Below are positions 43,733 to 56,200 of a stretch of DNA of 64,000 bases, piece after piece (the first letter of the stretch is position 1; each line of letters begins with the position of its first letter). The notes under the pieces are model-generated. The model saw nothing but the letters and a program-made list of their open reading frames with translations, did not search any database and was not told where the DNA came from. Where the stretch lies: NCBI GenBank assembly GCA_012295275.1, contig CM022673.1:17608001-17672000 (forward strand), written 5' to 3'. A program made the position numbers and the translations under genes. Source of the stretch: Chrysomallon squamiferum. Taxonomy: Eukaryota; Animalia; Mollusca.

Positions 43733-45175
43733 CGCTATGTCAGTGTGTGTGCGTGCGTGCGTAGGATAAAATAACAAAATCCTACTCAGTGATGAAGAAA
43801 GTCTTGTTAGCGCTTCTTATCATATCTGTCCATGAAGAAGAGATCAGTTCGGATTGGGAAAACCAGTTTTTATTGTCAGGCCCATTCCCGTTGAAAGTTG
43901 CACTTTCCATTGGTAGGCCATTTTCATACAATACCACTTTTACCTAAAAATAAATCCAATGATGTAGATAATGATGATGATGATGATGATGATAACATTA
44001 ATAATAATAATAATATTTATTTATTATTATTATTATTATTATAAGAAAATGAAAGAGAGAAAAATATATCAGTAAAACTACCTCCTCAAAAATGTAAGTC
44101 ATCCAGTCATCAACGATTTTACTTTTAAAATGCCGGTCACAGTGATGTGAACCATTTACCGACGAGCATCCAATAGGAACGTCCCTTCTGATAGCTGGAG
44201 AATCGTCATAACGTCCTGGAGTAAACCACGTGTCGTTCGTTGATTGGCCAATGCGAGAAGTGGCGCGAAAAACTAAAATCCATTCGTCATACCACACAAA
44301 ATCTATAAAAATGAATATATAAAATATCTTCTTTATGAAATGATAATAACTAAATGAACAGAAATTATTACTCAACTTTGAAAGTGTTAAAAGTATGTGT
44401 AATAAATCGTGATACACATTCTAATGAACATAAAGAATGAGAATTTATTGCAGCTGTTTGCTGCTCAGTTGCAGAGGCTGTAAATCATATTATTTTATTC
44501 TGTATTTTAATAGCTTTGCATAAAAGAAATTTTTCGAGTTTTTTTCTTCTTCTTATTATTTTCGAAGATGTTGTTAATTCTGACTCATATATTACTCCTT
44601 CTTCAAAGAAATATAGTTCATTAAAAAAAAGAAAATTCACACTCTAAATCACTGAAATACATAATATAGCCATATAAACATAAGCAATGCAATGTATACT
44701 TATATAAAACGTCAAATAATACAGTCTGTACAAACTTTTTTTCTCTCGCTCTCATTTTTTTAAGTTTTGTTTTTAATAAATAAATAATACGTTCTGCTCG
44801 TCAAACTACAGAGAAATGGTTAAACAACAGTTGAAAAATCTTACTAGTTCTCCTCTGGATGTATTCCCAGTCAGATGATGCGTCAAACGTCACTTCCGCT
44901 GAGTTAATCGGCTTTCTGTGAAGATAACAAGTATTTTCTGAGGAACGGAAACTGACGCCTACACACATACTGCGCATGCAAACCAAGGCGCAGAATGTTA
45001 TGGAACACGTACTTCCAGGGCAAGGAACAGTGCGCATGTCTGAACTAGTCACGTGATACCCATGTAGTCTGTCGAACAGGACACCATTACCGCAGGTAAA
45101 GAAGATTAAATTCATAAAGAAAAGAGTTACAAATGTTACTGATGAATTAGTAAATAGTCCTGTCCTTGGCGTCAT
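42800..45175 (-). CDS. Secreted PAN/Apple-domain protein with an uncharacterised Trp/Cys-rich C-terminal domain (317 aa, 5 exons)
   Basis: Exons 45175-44845, 44302-44082, 43943-43786, 43331-43138 and 42849-42800 join through GT-AG introns with matching phases (1,0,2,1) into a 954-nt ORF ending in TGA. Hydrophobic signal-like N-terminus; PAN-type Cys pattern CALVC..CVGVSF....TCYL. Confidence 0.85.
43138..43331 (-). CDS. PAN-protein coding exon 4
   Basis: aag|DDVSFVRHWYIGNSDSGCNVVEDVGWMVVLDSNVSVCDWEGDVKSGFPVFLYAANHQITRWHSR|gttagc; an in-frame CAG acceptor 12 nt downstream is an alternative. Confidence 0.82.
43786..43943 (-). CDS. PAN-protein coding exon 3
   Basis: tag|VKVVLYENGLPMESATFNGNGPDNKNWFSQSELISSSWTDMIRSANKTFFIT|gtagga; absent from the ORF track. 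Confidence 0.82.
44082..44302 (-). CDS. PAN-protein coding exon 2
   Basis: tag|(N)FVWYDEWILVFRATSRIGQSTNDTWFTPGRYDD...CSSVNGSHHCDRHFKSKIVDDWMTYIFEE|gtagtt. Confidence 0.85.
44845..45175 (-). CDS. PAN-protein coding exon 1 (signal peptide + PAN/Apple)
   Basis: MTPRTG...FFMNLIFFTCGNG...CSITFCALVCMRSMCVGVSFRSSENTCYLH...WEYIQRRT|gtaaga; an acceptor (tttcag) 19 nt upstream of the ATG suggests a 5'UTR intron. Confidence 0.85.
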
Positions 45176-45713
45176 TCTGATTTACAAGACCGTGCTGAAA
45201 GTACAAAAAGAAACAGTGTAAATTATCTCCTGATAATTTACACGACTTCCAAAAAAGCAGCAAAAAACATATCTGATTATTACTGTATAAAGATTCAAAA
45301 ACGTTTTTATATTTTACTTGTGGCTTTTTCTTGTTCGTTTTTCTTTCTTTTCTTAACTATATATTATATTTATTTATTGTTATTTTATTTCATTATTTAT
45401 TTAATGTGGTTGGTGGACCATCAAAAGCACTATAACTACAACTACTGTTAACAACCACCATCCCTTCTACGAAAACTACTACACTTATTACCACTAACAT
45501 TGTAACAGCAACAACAACTACTACTACTACTACTATTACTAACAATACTACAACATTAACTATTGCTACTACTATTGTTCTTCATTTTCTTCTTTTACTA
45601 CTGTAACTGCCACTGCTACGAATACTAATACTAGTAACACAACTCATAATAATACAATTCACAATGCTTAATTTAAATAAATAAATAAATAAATCATTAA
45701 ACTCGTAAACTAA

Positions 45714-45744
<31 letters not shown>

Positions 45745-46499
45745 ATCATTAAACTCGTAAACTAATAAATAAATAAATAAATAATTTAATTAATAAAAAA
45801 AAAAAAAATGAAATGAAACATTATTATCATGGTAATATTTTGGACAAAGTTATGAAATGTTTTCATACTTACTTAAAATAATTCACAATAAGTAAACTTC
45901 TTACATCAAAATTTTGAAATATTTCCAGTTAGACATCCATCAGGCTAACAAAGATTCTGGTTTTTCTGAGTCGATGCAGAATTAATCCTTAGCGGAGAGT
46001 GTTACATACAGTCGGATTTGCGTCTGTTAGTGAATGATTTTTACTAACTTAATATATAAAAAAATTCTACCTTTCCCTTTCCTGATTCTCCTAACGATTA
46101 TTTAAACTTTTTGACAGCACTTTGGACGTCAAAATGTTAAGTGTAAAAAAATAATATTTCTTTGTTGAAATACTGTGCTAATTTAAACACAGTGGAAACT
46201 GATATTTGTCACTGATACATCTGACATTTATCGTACATTTAGTTCGTCTTTTGGCTTTTTAACATAGTCATACCAGTTCAAGAGCTGAATAAACAGCAAA
46301 AGTGATATAAATGTGATTTCTATTTGTTTTGTATTCACTGTAGTGATTTTTGTTAATCCATTGATCTTGTTTACTGGATTTTCTAGTGTAGACATTTCTT
46401 GATTTCTTTGTTATAACTTGTCAACATCCTTTGTTTATTCGATTTTCGAAACGAGCTGAATTAATTTATAAGTGTATCAAGAACGACTAAAATAATGTT

Positions 46500-46576
<77 letters not shown>

Positions 46577-46659
46577 TTTATTTAATTCATACATAAACAT
46601 TACGCAAAATATATTCTTAATATTCTTAACATTTTTATTTCAACCCCAGTTATGTCAAA

Positions 46660-47118
46660 CTGACTATAATTAACCTTAAAGTATCGATACGCCCCTTCCT
46701 GGTATGTTATCCAATCCTAGCATTCGATGTCCAAGTAGATGCTTCAACAAACGCAAATAAAACAGGACGTATTAGTGGCTAAATGTTACGACACAGTTGA
46801 AAAGTAAACGAAATAAGGTTAAACTAAGCGAACGCTAAATATTTATGGATTAGTTTCATTAATTCTACTGACGTTATTAGTTTTGTGTTCCTTTTTTTAT
46901 GATAATATCAGCAGTTTTCAAATAATAATTATATTTAATTAATCCTACTAATATTAGAAGCAATACTAATTTAAGAAATGTTTTTGTAAAAAATAACATT
47001 CGAGAAAAAAATTAAATGTGTATAAATACAGTGTACTAGCTGTTTATGGAAATGCAGCTGACTTATTTTCTACAGTTTAAATACTACTAAAAGAACAACA
47101 GCAACAACAACAACAACA

Positions 47119-47167
<49 letters not shown>

Positions 47168-47271
47168 ATACCACCAATAATAATAATAATAATAATATGT
47201 ATTTCTGTGTGTATCATCACCATCATATATATTATCATCGCAATCATCATCACTATCACCATCATCATCAA

Positions 47272-47309
<38 letters not shown>

Positions 47310-47620
47310 TCCATTTGGGGGAAATGCATAAGGGGGAATCGTTAAATAATTAAAATATTAATAAACTAAATAAAATTTAAAAAAAATTAAGACTATAAAA
47401 GAAAAGTAATATTTTTTTGTTTAATTGTCTTTATCGTACTTTGCGGTTGAACGTTCTAGCAATAAAGATCTAACTAATCGATAAATTCTTCGTCGGGCTA
47501 ATTTTACCATTCGTTGACAATGATCGCCAGGTTTTCTTTCAATGGCAGTAAGTGGTTACACACCTCTCTGTCAACAGTTTGACACATGGTAGATGGCCAA
47601 ATAAAGAAAAGTAAGACATT
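46660..47620. promoter_or_regulatory. Probable SNX13 promoter / divergent intergenic control region
   Basis: Lies between head-to-head genes; retains CpG; DRE-like TATCGATA at 46682 and AATCGATA at 47476; donor sites at 47548 and 47611. Confidence 0.45.
47542..47547 (+). CDS. SNX13: Candidate SNX13 first coding exon part (Met-Ala)
   Basis: ATG GCA followed by a consensus donor GTAAGT; phase 0 matches the exon at 49220; lies in a CpG-containing promoter-like zone. Alternatively translation starts at the ATG at 49220. Confidence 0.5.
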
Positions 47621-49219
47621 TATTTTTATGCAATTCATTTTCAGAAAACACGATACATTACTAGTCAAATATATAATGCTGTGCCAGTGATTTTTATGCT
47701 TCCTTTAATATTGATCAATTACAGATTGCGTATTTAATTTTCACCTACCTGCTGGTGTTTGATATTTTTGAAAAATTATTTATCTTTGGACTATAGTTAG
47801 AGAATATGTTTTAAATTTGCTTACCGAACACGATCGGATCAAACTTATTATCTTTGCAAAGCCTGTCCCTCTTTAAACTCACATTTATGATAATACAGAG
47901 TATACCCGACAACCTATTCTGTAAACAGTCATAAAAAATGATAAATAATAAAATATAATTTTGTTAGCTTTTTTGAAGGAATGTTAATATGTACATTGTT
48001 TTATTTTAATGCAGAACATATGCTAATTTTAAAAATAAATCTTACGTAGCAAGACTAAATATAAATGTATATTATTTACTTTTATTGCTATAAATATATA
48101 AGTTGTAAAAAGAAAACCAAAAATAAATACATTTATAAAAACATTAGTCACTAAGCTGTTTATAAAGATGTTTTATTGACGTAGGTTATAAAAAAGTAAT
48201 ATAAATTTAATTTGGATAATTATTTAATAACGTAAAAATAATAATTAAAATATAAGCTCCATATGGTAAGGGAAAGTAATCAAACATTTATTTCAGATTA
48301 CTGATTTAGTTATAGTGTTTATTGCTGATGTGTTGCTACATTTTGCTATTTTTATCTCACATCAACATAAATGTTGTGTGTATGTGATTGTGTGATAATA
48401 ATAAATTACAAACACTTCAGAAAAGTTTTAAGCATAGAGATTTTACATTCTGTAGAACCAAATCTCTGTAAGTTTGTATGTATGTTTCAGTGTTTGTTCT
48501 GTTTTATTTTTGTTTAATGAAACATGTACTACAACACTGAATGCTAAAATTTATTCTATAATGATTCTTCATTAAAGCCAAGTGCATCATATAAAGATGA
48601 TTATTGGATGATTTATGAAGATACATTTTTGAAAGAATAGGCAATAGCCTTTGTTTGTGCCAGAATGCTGAACTTAGTTACCATCTGTCAGCTTTACATT
48701 TCTTAGCTTCACTAACAACATCACTTCTGTATTTTAAAATTTATAATATTTTTGGAATAGCTAACACCTTATAATTTTTTATTTTATAAAAGCACATAAC
48801 AGAAAAGAAAACACATTATCTTTAAGGGAATATAATACTAAGACTGCTTCTTGCATCAGTAATTTGAAAAATAAATATTTAATTTATATATTCAAAATGT
48901 ATATTTATGTATGAACACTTCAATAAAATGTACATTATATATATATTCTTTTTCTTTTCTGTTGTTGTAAAAGCAACAGTTGATATATATATATTCAAAA
49001 TATATAAGGATATATTATATAGAATAATATTTTCAGAAATACACAACTATCAGTTTAGTAGAAAGAAATGTAAAAATCCAGGGTTAAATATGTCAGTGGC
49101 TTCAAAGAATTTTACTCTATTTTAAAACTTTTATTTAGCTAGATATGTTAAATTCTGATGTTCAGTATCACTGTTACGTTTTTTACTGTTGTAAAACTGT
49201 AAAAGTGTTTTGTCTTCAG

Positions 49220-49335
49220 ATGCCCTGGCTGGATGGTGGGTGGAAGTGGATGGTGCTGGCAGCAGGGCTTTTCCTCACATCATTTGGGGGCCATGGTCTT
49301 CTGTTTGTGTTGTACGCACTGATCTTCCTTGGAGG
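49220..49335 (+). CDS. SNX13: SNX13 exon (TM1)
   Basis: cag|MPWLDGGWKWMVLAAGLFLTSFGGHGLLFVLYALIFLG(G)|gtaac. Confidence 0.88.
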
Positions 49336-50185
49336 GTAACAACATTTAGCATTAATAACTGTTTATATCTAGTTACTCTTCTCTTGGTATTTGATATTAT
49401 TACTCAAGTTAATAACTTCCGAACTTAAATACTTTAAAATAAAAATGAAGTTAAATTAAGTGAGAAATTGTCCTTCAATAATTTTTCCACACTCACCATT
49501 TATGATATAAGGAAGATATGGAAAAATTAATTTAGTATCAGCTTCCAAAGAAAATACCTTACTAATAACTAATGAAATAATATGCTAATAATTTTGTACA
49601 GTATTAACACATGTTCAAGTTCATAGTTTGATAAAGACATAGTGATTGGCTGTTTCAGAGGTTTCCTGATAATGTACAACAGTGGACAGAACACATCACA
49701 GGAGGGACTGGCTGAGCAAACTTTGTCACTGGCAAAACCCATTCCTGGAATTACCAAGGTATTTACACAAAAACAGCAGATTACAGCATGGTGAAAACTG
49801 ACAGCCTTGTTTCATGTTAAAACTATTTCTGATTTGGGTTGGAATAATTTTGAGTGATAAATGCATATATAGTCATGCATGAATCCATCCACATTCACAG
49901 AAAACAGATGAAAACAGTGAAATGAAAATGTAATAATTGTTGAAGTTAGTAAGAATAATTGATGTTATTCCAGGTAATACCTCACATGGAGAATACAACG
50001 AAGATAAAGAATTTTGACAAAAGAATGACGGGAGCAAGTGTCATTGACGATGCTCTACAAGAAGTAAGTATCAACATCATTGCTCTGTCAGCGTCCTAAA
50101 TCTCTTTTCAAAAGCTATTAATTGTGCAGAGACAAACAGTATATTACTTCTAAATAGAAAGAAGTAATTTTTTATATAAAAGAAA

Positions 50186-50222
<37 letters not shown>

Positions 50223-53200
50223 TAATATAGAAGATACAATTTGTATTTTAATAGTTACTAAATGTAAAATCAATTACAGGATAAAAATAAAGAAGGAGAT
50301 ATCTATTTTCATAATTATTATACATTATTTCAGGTTTTACAGTACACATTCAGAGATTACAATAAAAATATGCTAAAGTAAATATAAAAAAGATACATCA
50401 TACATGTATGTGTTACTATATATTATTTCAGGTTTTACAGTGTACAATCAGAGATTACCAAAACAAGTATGCTAAAGTTAAATATAAAGAAGATACATGT
50501 ATATTTTTACTATATCTTATTTCAGGTTTTACAATATACTATCAGAGATTACATAAAAACCTGGTACAGACAAATAAGTGAACATGATGGCTTTCTTCTT
50601 GATATTCATCATTTTGTTCAGAAAGTTGTCATAACATTTTCCAGTAGGTAAGTGTCAGCGTTACCTGCATTTCACTTGTATCGTGTTTTCAGAACTGGTT
50701 TCCTTTTTTAATCAAAGTTTGATGCAAGTTTAAATTTATGATAACTGTAGTGTGTGTATACTTTCAGTTATAAAGTTTAGTTTATTTAACAGTGGTTTCA
50801 TTAATTTATTTACTTAAATGTTCAGTAATAGATATTATTATCATTACTATTATTATTTTTTATATTACTTTTTATTTATTACTGTTATTATTGTCATTAT
50901 TACTATCATTATTATTATTATTATTAACATTATTTTTATTTAAAATTTGTTATTTGGTATCTGTACAATTACTGGAGAAATAAAGTTCTGTTTAGAAAAT
51001 GTTTTTATTTACTTGTCGCAGATCAAAGGAGATTGACTGGATGCCATATTTCACTCAGAGACTTGTCGATGATTTTGCATCACACATTCGTCTCTTCAGA
51101 AGAGCTTCTGATAAAATTGCAGTTTTACCCAAAGAAGGTAATTGTTTTTAAAAATTACTGTATACAGTATACTAGTATCATGTATTGTTTTGTTTGTTAC
51201 AAAGTACTTCATGTGATATATCCATTACCACAAAATCCCAAATTATAACTTTGCTTTCAATTGTTTTGTTTTTTTCTGATTTAGCTATTTATTATAAGTT
51301 ACAATTGAGAAATTATATTCAGAGAAGAGCCACTACCATCCAGTGAAGAAGAAAGTTATTTGAAAAGTTAAAATAATTATTCTAAATCTTGTGAGTTTGA
51401 GATGTATAAATTGTTTTTATTTATTTTTGTTTTTGTCTGAATGAAATGAAGACTTACAAAATTAATATTGAAATAATTGTTTTTAGATAACCTTTTCAAT
51501 GTTGTCATATTAATTATTGTTATATTTACTAATTTTATTTTACATAACCTTTTCAATGTTGTCATATTAATTATTGTTATATTTACTAATTTCAGAGAGG
51601 GAGGGTGCAGATGTTGTGAATATGTTTTTTGATCTTGAAGTTGACATGGAAAATAACATGAGTCGAGATGAAATCTGTTTATCACCAGATGCTGAGAGGC
51701 GTATGTTAATGTTTAACTTATCTTTCTCTTTATTCACCTGTATTTATTTATTATTGCAGACAAAATCTATGATGGTAATTTATTATTATTACTAAAATAT
51801 TAATCAATATTTCTTTTTAATTTAAACATAATTTTATTAGTAGTCAGATCTTGTTTCAGAAGTTTTATTTCATTCTGAATATATTTTTGTGATTCTTTTG
51901 TTTTAATTAGCTTGCATTCTTTTTTCTTTTTTTTAACAGAATATTTACAAGATCTGGTGGAAGTTATTTTGTTTTTGCTTTTACCAAAAGAGGATTTTTA
52001 CAACAAGCCATTTAGATATATTATTAGGGTAAGCTAAACATTGTGTCTGTTAAAAATAAAATTGAAGTTAATTCATAGAAAAGCAAAACCTCTGTGTAAA
52101 ACAACTAACTGAAATTAAAGGTAAAATAACATTCTTTGTGACAAATTAATATATTTAGTTATATATAATTTATATATAATTAATATATAAGATATTGTAA
52201 TGAAAAATAAAAAAAATAGAAAAATGGATATAATAATTCTGAAGATAACTGTATATGATTTCAGTTAAATAACTTTTGTTGAATATTTCTTTTTTCCTTT
52301 TTCTGTTTCAGGAAGTAGTTGTAAATGGTATTTTTATTCCAACCATAGATCTGCTTTCTGATCCAGATTATATTAATCAGTATATTGCATGGATGGTAAG
52401 TTCACTAGATTTTTATTGTATTGTTACCAATAATGTTTTATTTTGTTATTTTATTATTATATACATAATTTATTTAACATTGCTGTTATCATCATCAACA
52501 TCATCATCATCATTATTATTATTATTATTTTGAACAAGTTAAAAATAACACATTAATTATAATACGTATCTGTATATTTGATGGTTTGTGTTTTCCAGTA
52601 CTAAGTATAATAGCAGCAGTAAGGTCACAGCTACATTTGAATATCTCTAAGGTTTTCATTAACAATACACAACTATTATTTACTAATACTGTGATTTTAC
52701 AAGTATGTGTGTGTACATTTCCAGTGTGACAGTTCGTGTTTTACAAAAGAGACATTTCTAACTGTGATAAAAAGTAGTGACTCTATAGATGAACTGGAAG
52801 CAGTGCAGGACATGGTAGAACAGGAAATCACGCGGTGGAGAGCCAAGGATTCTGGAGGCACAGATGGTACTTTATTTATAAAACTTTTAAGCCTGAATGT
52901 ATTATTATTTTTATTCATTTTTTTATTATTATTATTATCTTTTTTCTTTCTTTTCTTTTTTTTATTCATTAATATAAAAAAATCTTTATTGTGATTCATG
53001 TACATGTTTTAAAAATTGGGATATCTTAGATTATTTCTGTACATTTATTCTAACACAACACACATAAAATATATTAAGGCAAATATTTGACAGAAATTAT
53101 TAGTGACTCTAAAGCTGCAATCTGAAACTAAAGAAAACTTTTTATTTAATTTGTACCATGAATAATGGACCAGACATTGATGAAAATTCATGAAGTATAG

Positions 53201-56200
53201 TTCTCTACTTTATAAAACAACTGATTTTCTTTTCTGAAGTTTTGTTTCTTTTCTCAAATTTTATATTCTCAAATACTTTCATTTTGAACTGTAATTAACT
53301 GTACAAGTCCAGGTTAAATCTGCTTCTATATTTGTTTGTTTAATTTTTATTGACTGATTGGAGTATTTATTTATTTGTAGATGCTCTAATAAAACAGAAT
53401 CTGAACAGTTTGAGGTTTCTGAAGGACACATGTAAGTCTCGAACCAAACGTTTACAGAATGGACCTCCAGAAACTGACCAGTTGACAGAGGTACGTGGTC
53501 ACTTTTCTAAAACATCTTACCTTTGATTTCACCTACTTAGGCAAGAAAAAATGTTAATTAACTTTCAATTAATTTCTGCTTGTTTTGGGAGGCTATTTTT
53601 TTGTTTGTTTCTTGATTCATTATACTGTAAGTAATATTTGGATTCTTTCCATGATAATTCATTGAATTAATTTTTGTTAAAAAAAAGGTTATTCAGTGAT
53701 TACAAAATAGATGGATTATGTAGTAAATTGAAATGATCAGATATAATAATTTATTTTTTTAATACTGTTAGAGAATTCTGAATTTTCTGCTTTTTGTTTG
53801 AAATATTGAATTAACTAATGATGTTTATCTTGTTTATTTTTGTCTTGTTTCAGGAACCAGATTTTCTAAAGTACCAGAACTTGTATGTTCTGACTTTGGA
53901 TGAAATTATAGGAAACAATGTTGCTCTGCAATCTTTCATAGGTTTGTTAAATACAAATCTCTTTAAAATGTAGAATATATTCTTTATTTTATACTTTTAC
54001 TGTCAGCAATATTTAGCTGTTTTTTTTGTGTCTTTTTTCTTTTCTTCTTCTTCTTGTTGAAGTTTTATTAATTTTTAACAAGTGATTATGTTAAATAGGA
54101 GGTATCAGTTTTGGGGCTAATAATATTTTGTGTTTAATACAGATTACAGATTCTTTTGGTGTTGCATTGTTGGTGGTAGTAACCACATATTAACTTTTTA
54201 AGTTTATGTTTGTAAGCAGAAAACATGTCTAAATCATCTTAGCTTCACAAATACAAGCATATTCATTTTGGAATCTGAGTTAAGCATTGGAATTCCCTTT
54301 TATTAGAAATACAATCTTTCTTAAATAAAAAATGTATTTTTTATCAGTAATAGTTTTTTTAATTTTAATTTTATTATTATTATTATTATTATTTTCAGAA
54401 TTCCTCAACGAGAAAGGAGGTCAACAGTATTTATATTTTTACTTGAATGTTGAGGTAAAATCTTCACTTTCCCACTCTGTTATATTTCATAAATATTGTG
54501 CTATGTTTTTTTTCTTACATAACAAAAATATACATATAAAATATTCCATTATTAACAGATGAGATCTTTGGCAGCAAATTGTCTTTTTTATACATCACCT
54601 TTGTACAGAACTCACAAATTTAACACCTAATGACAGTTAACAATTAAATGTGTTAAAGTTTCATTTCAGACACCAGTTCTTTAATTTGTTTAGATATTAA
54701 TTAGCATATTTGTTTATCTAATAGTTACTATAAAGAGTTGTTTTTTAATGAATGTTCATCATTCTAGGGTTTCCGGGCTGCAGCAGAACAACAGATTAGT
54801 GAGGCACACAAAATGAAAATCGACAGTCGAGCATTTTTAGAACCAGATTTAGAATCCCTGCGACGAGCCGCCACAATCATTTTTGACCAGTATCTCTCTG
54901 ACAAGGTGAAAGTTAAAACTTAACTAATTTACACTCTTGTGAAACCCTTGTAAATAAAAATGTTATCTTGATAATAGCTTTAGACAGAGAAACAGATAGA
55001 TAAAATATTATTTCTTAAATACTTTGTGATTAAACATAAATTTGTTTTATTTATTTATTAACATTGCATTGTAAGTTTCGAAACTTTTTTTTTTTTTTTT
55101 TTTTACTATTTTTAGTATTTATAGCATTTTAAGAATTTGATCTTTATAACATTTAATGTGACTCTGAAGTAAAGATATTTAAATTAGTTGCTAGATGTAA
55201 ATTACTTTTTATTTAACCAAAAATCATATCTGTGAATAAGGGTTATTGCTAAACATATACAAGCTTTAAAAAAGATTTATCTTTCACTGACAGCAGTTTT
55301 CTTTTATCTGAAATTAATGAATTTTTTTCTAGTTCTGATTGGTTAATACCACATGTATTTTTATTAAAAAAAAATTGGTTTGGTCAAAGTTTCACTGATG
55401 TTTTTATTTATATATTCTACAGGCATCTTCTAAAATAAAAGTGGAGAGTGACTTGGCCAGGCAAACCATGCAGAATATAAAAAGTAAAATGTTGTCAGAA
55501 GATGTCTTTGATTCTGTACAGACACGGGTAAGTTTTACTGATTAATTTTCTTACTTAAATATCATCCAGTTGGGCATTATTCTGTCCAACCACCATTCTT
55601 TCTATTTTTGTATTAATATTTCTTAAAATATTATAACTGTCAAAATTTCTGGGATGTGCTAGACCAAAGAAAATGTTCTTTTTCAGGTGTACCAGATTCT
55701 ACACAAAAGCTACTATGAGGAGTTTCTGCAGGCGCCATCTTACATCAAACTGCTGAGTGAGCTAGGCTTGCTGCAGGACAGTAAGTCTGAGGATGGGGAC
55801 ACACTTAGTATTGACGACGGTAAGTCTAGCATTCAGCACACTTCACCAGTCTTTGTTACACTTACAAGTTCTGATTGTAGAAGATTCAGTGTAGATTGTT
55901 ATTACTGAGGTTTCAAACAAATAAAAAATCTTATAAGCTTTTTAAATCTATCTTTCTTAGTGCCTCAATGAATATCTGTATATCTTTCTATTCAGTCTAT
56001 CTATTATATACATACTTGCATCATACATACATACATACATACACACACAAACATAAACGCATGCACACAAACATATCTGCCTACATTTGTATGTATTACC
56101 ATTTGACTAATAAAAAATTTAAAAAATAATATTTTGAATGTATTGGTAATAATTTGTTTTTACAAAGTCACAGACTTTAAAATTTTCACTCAGTAACATT

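Noticed and set aside
51325-51354. Purine-rich exon-like segment (EEPLPSSEEE) in a SNX13 intron
   Set aside because: Frame is preserved only with a poor GAG acceptor 2 nt after a CAG and a weak donor; the flanking exons already join in frame.
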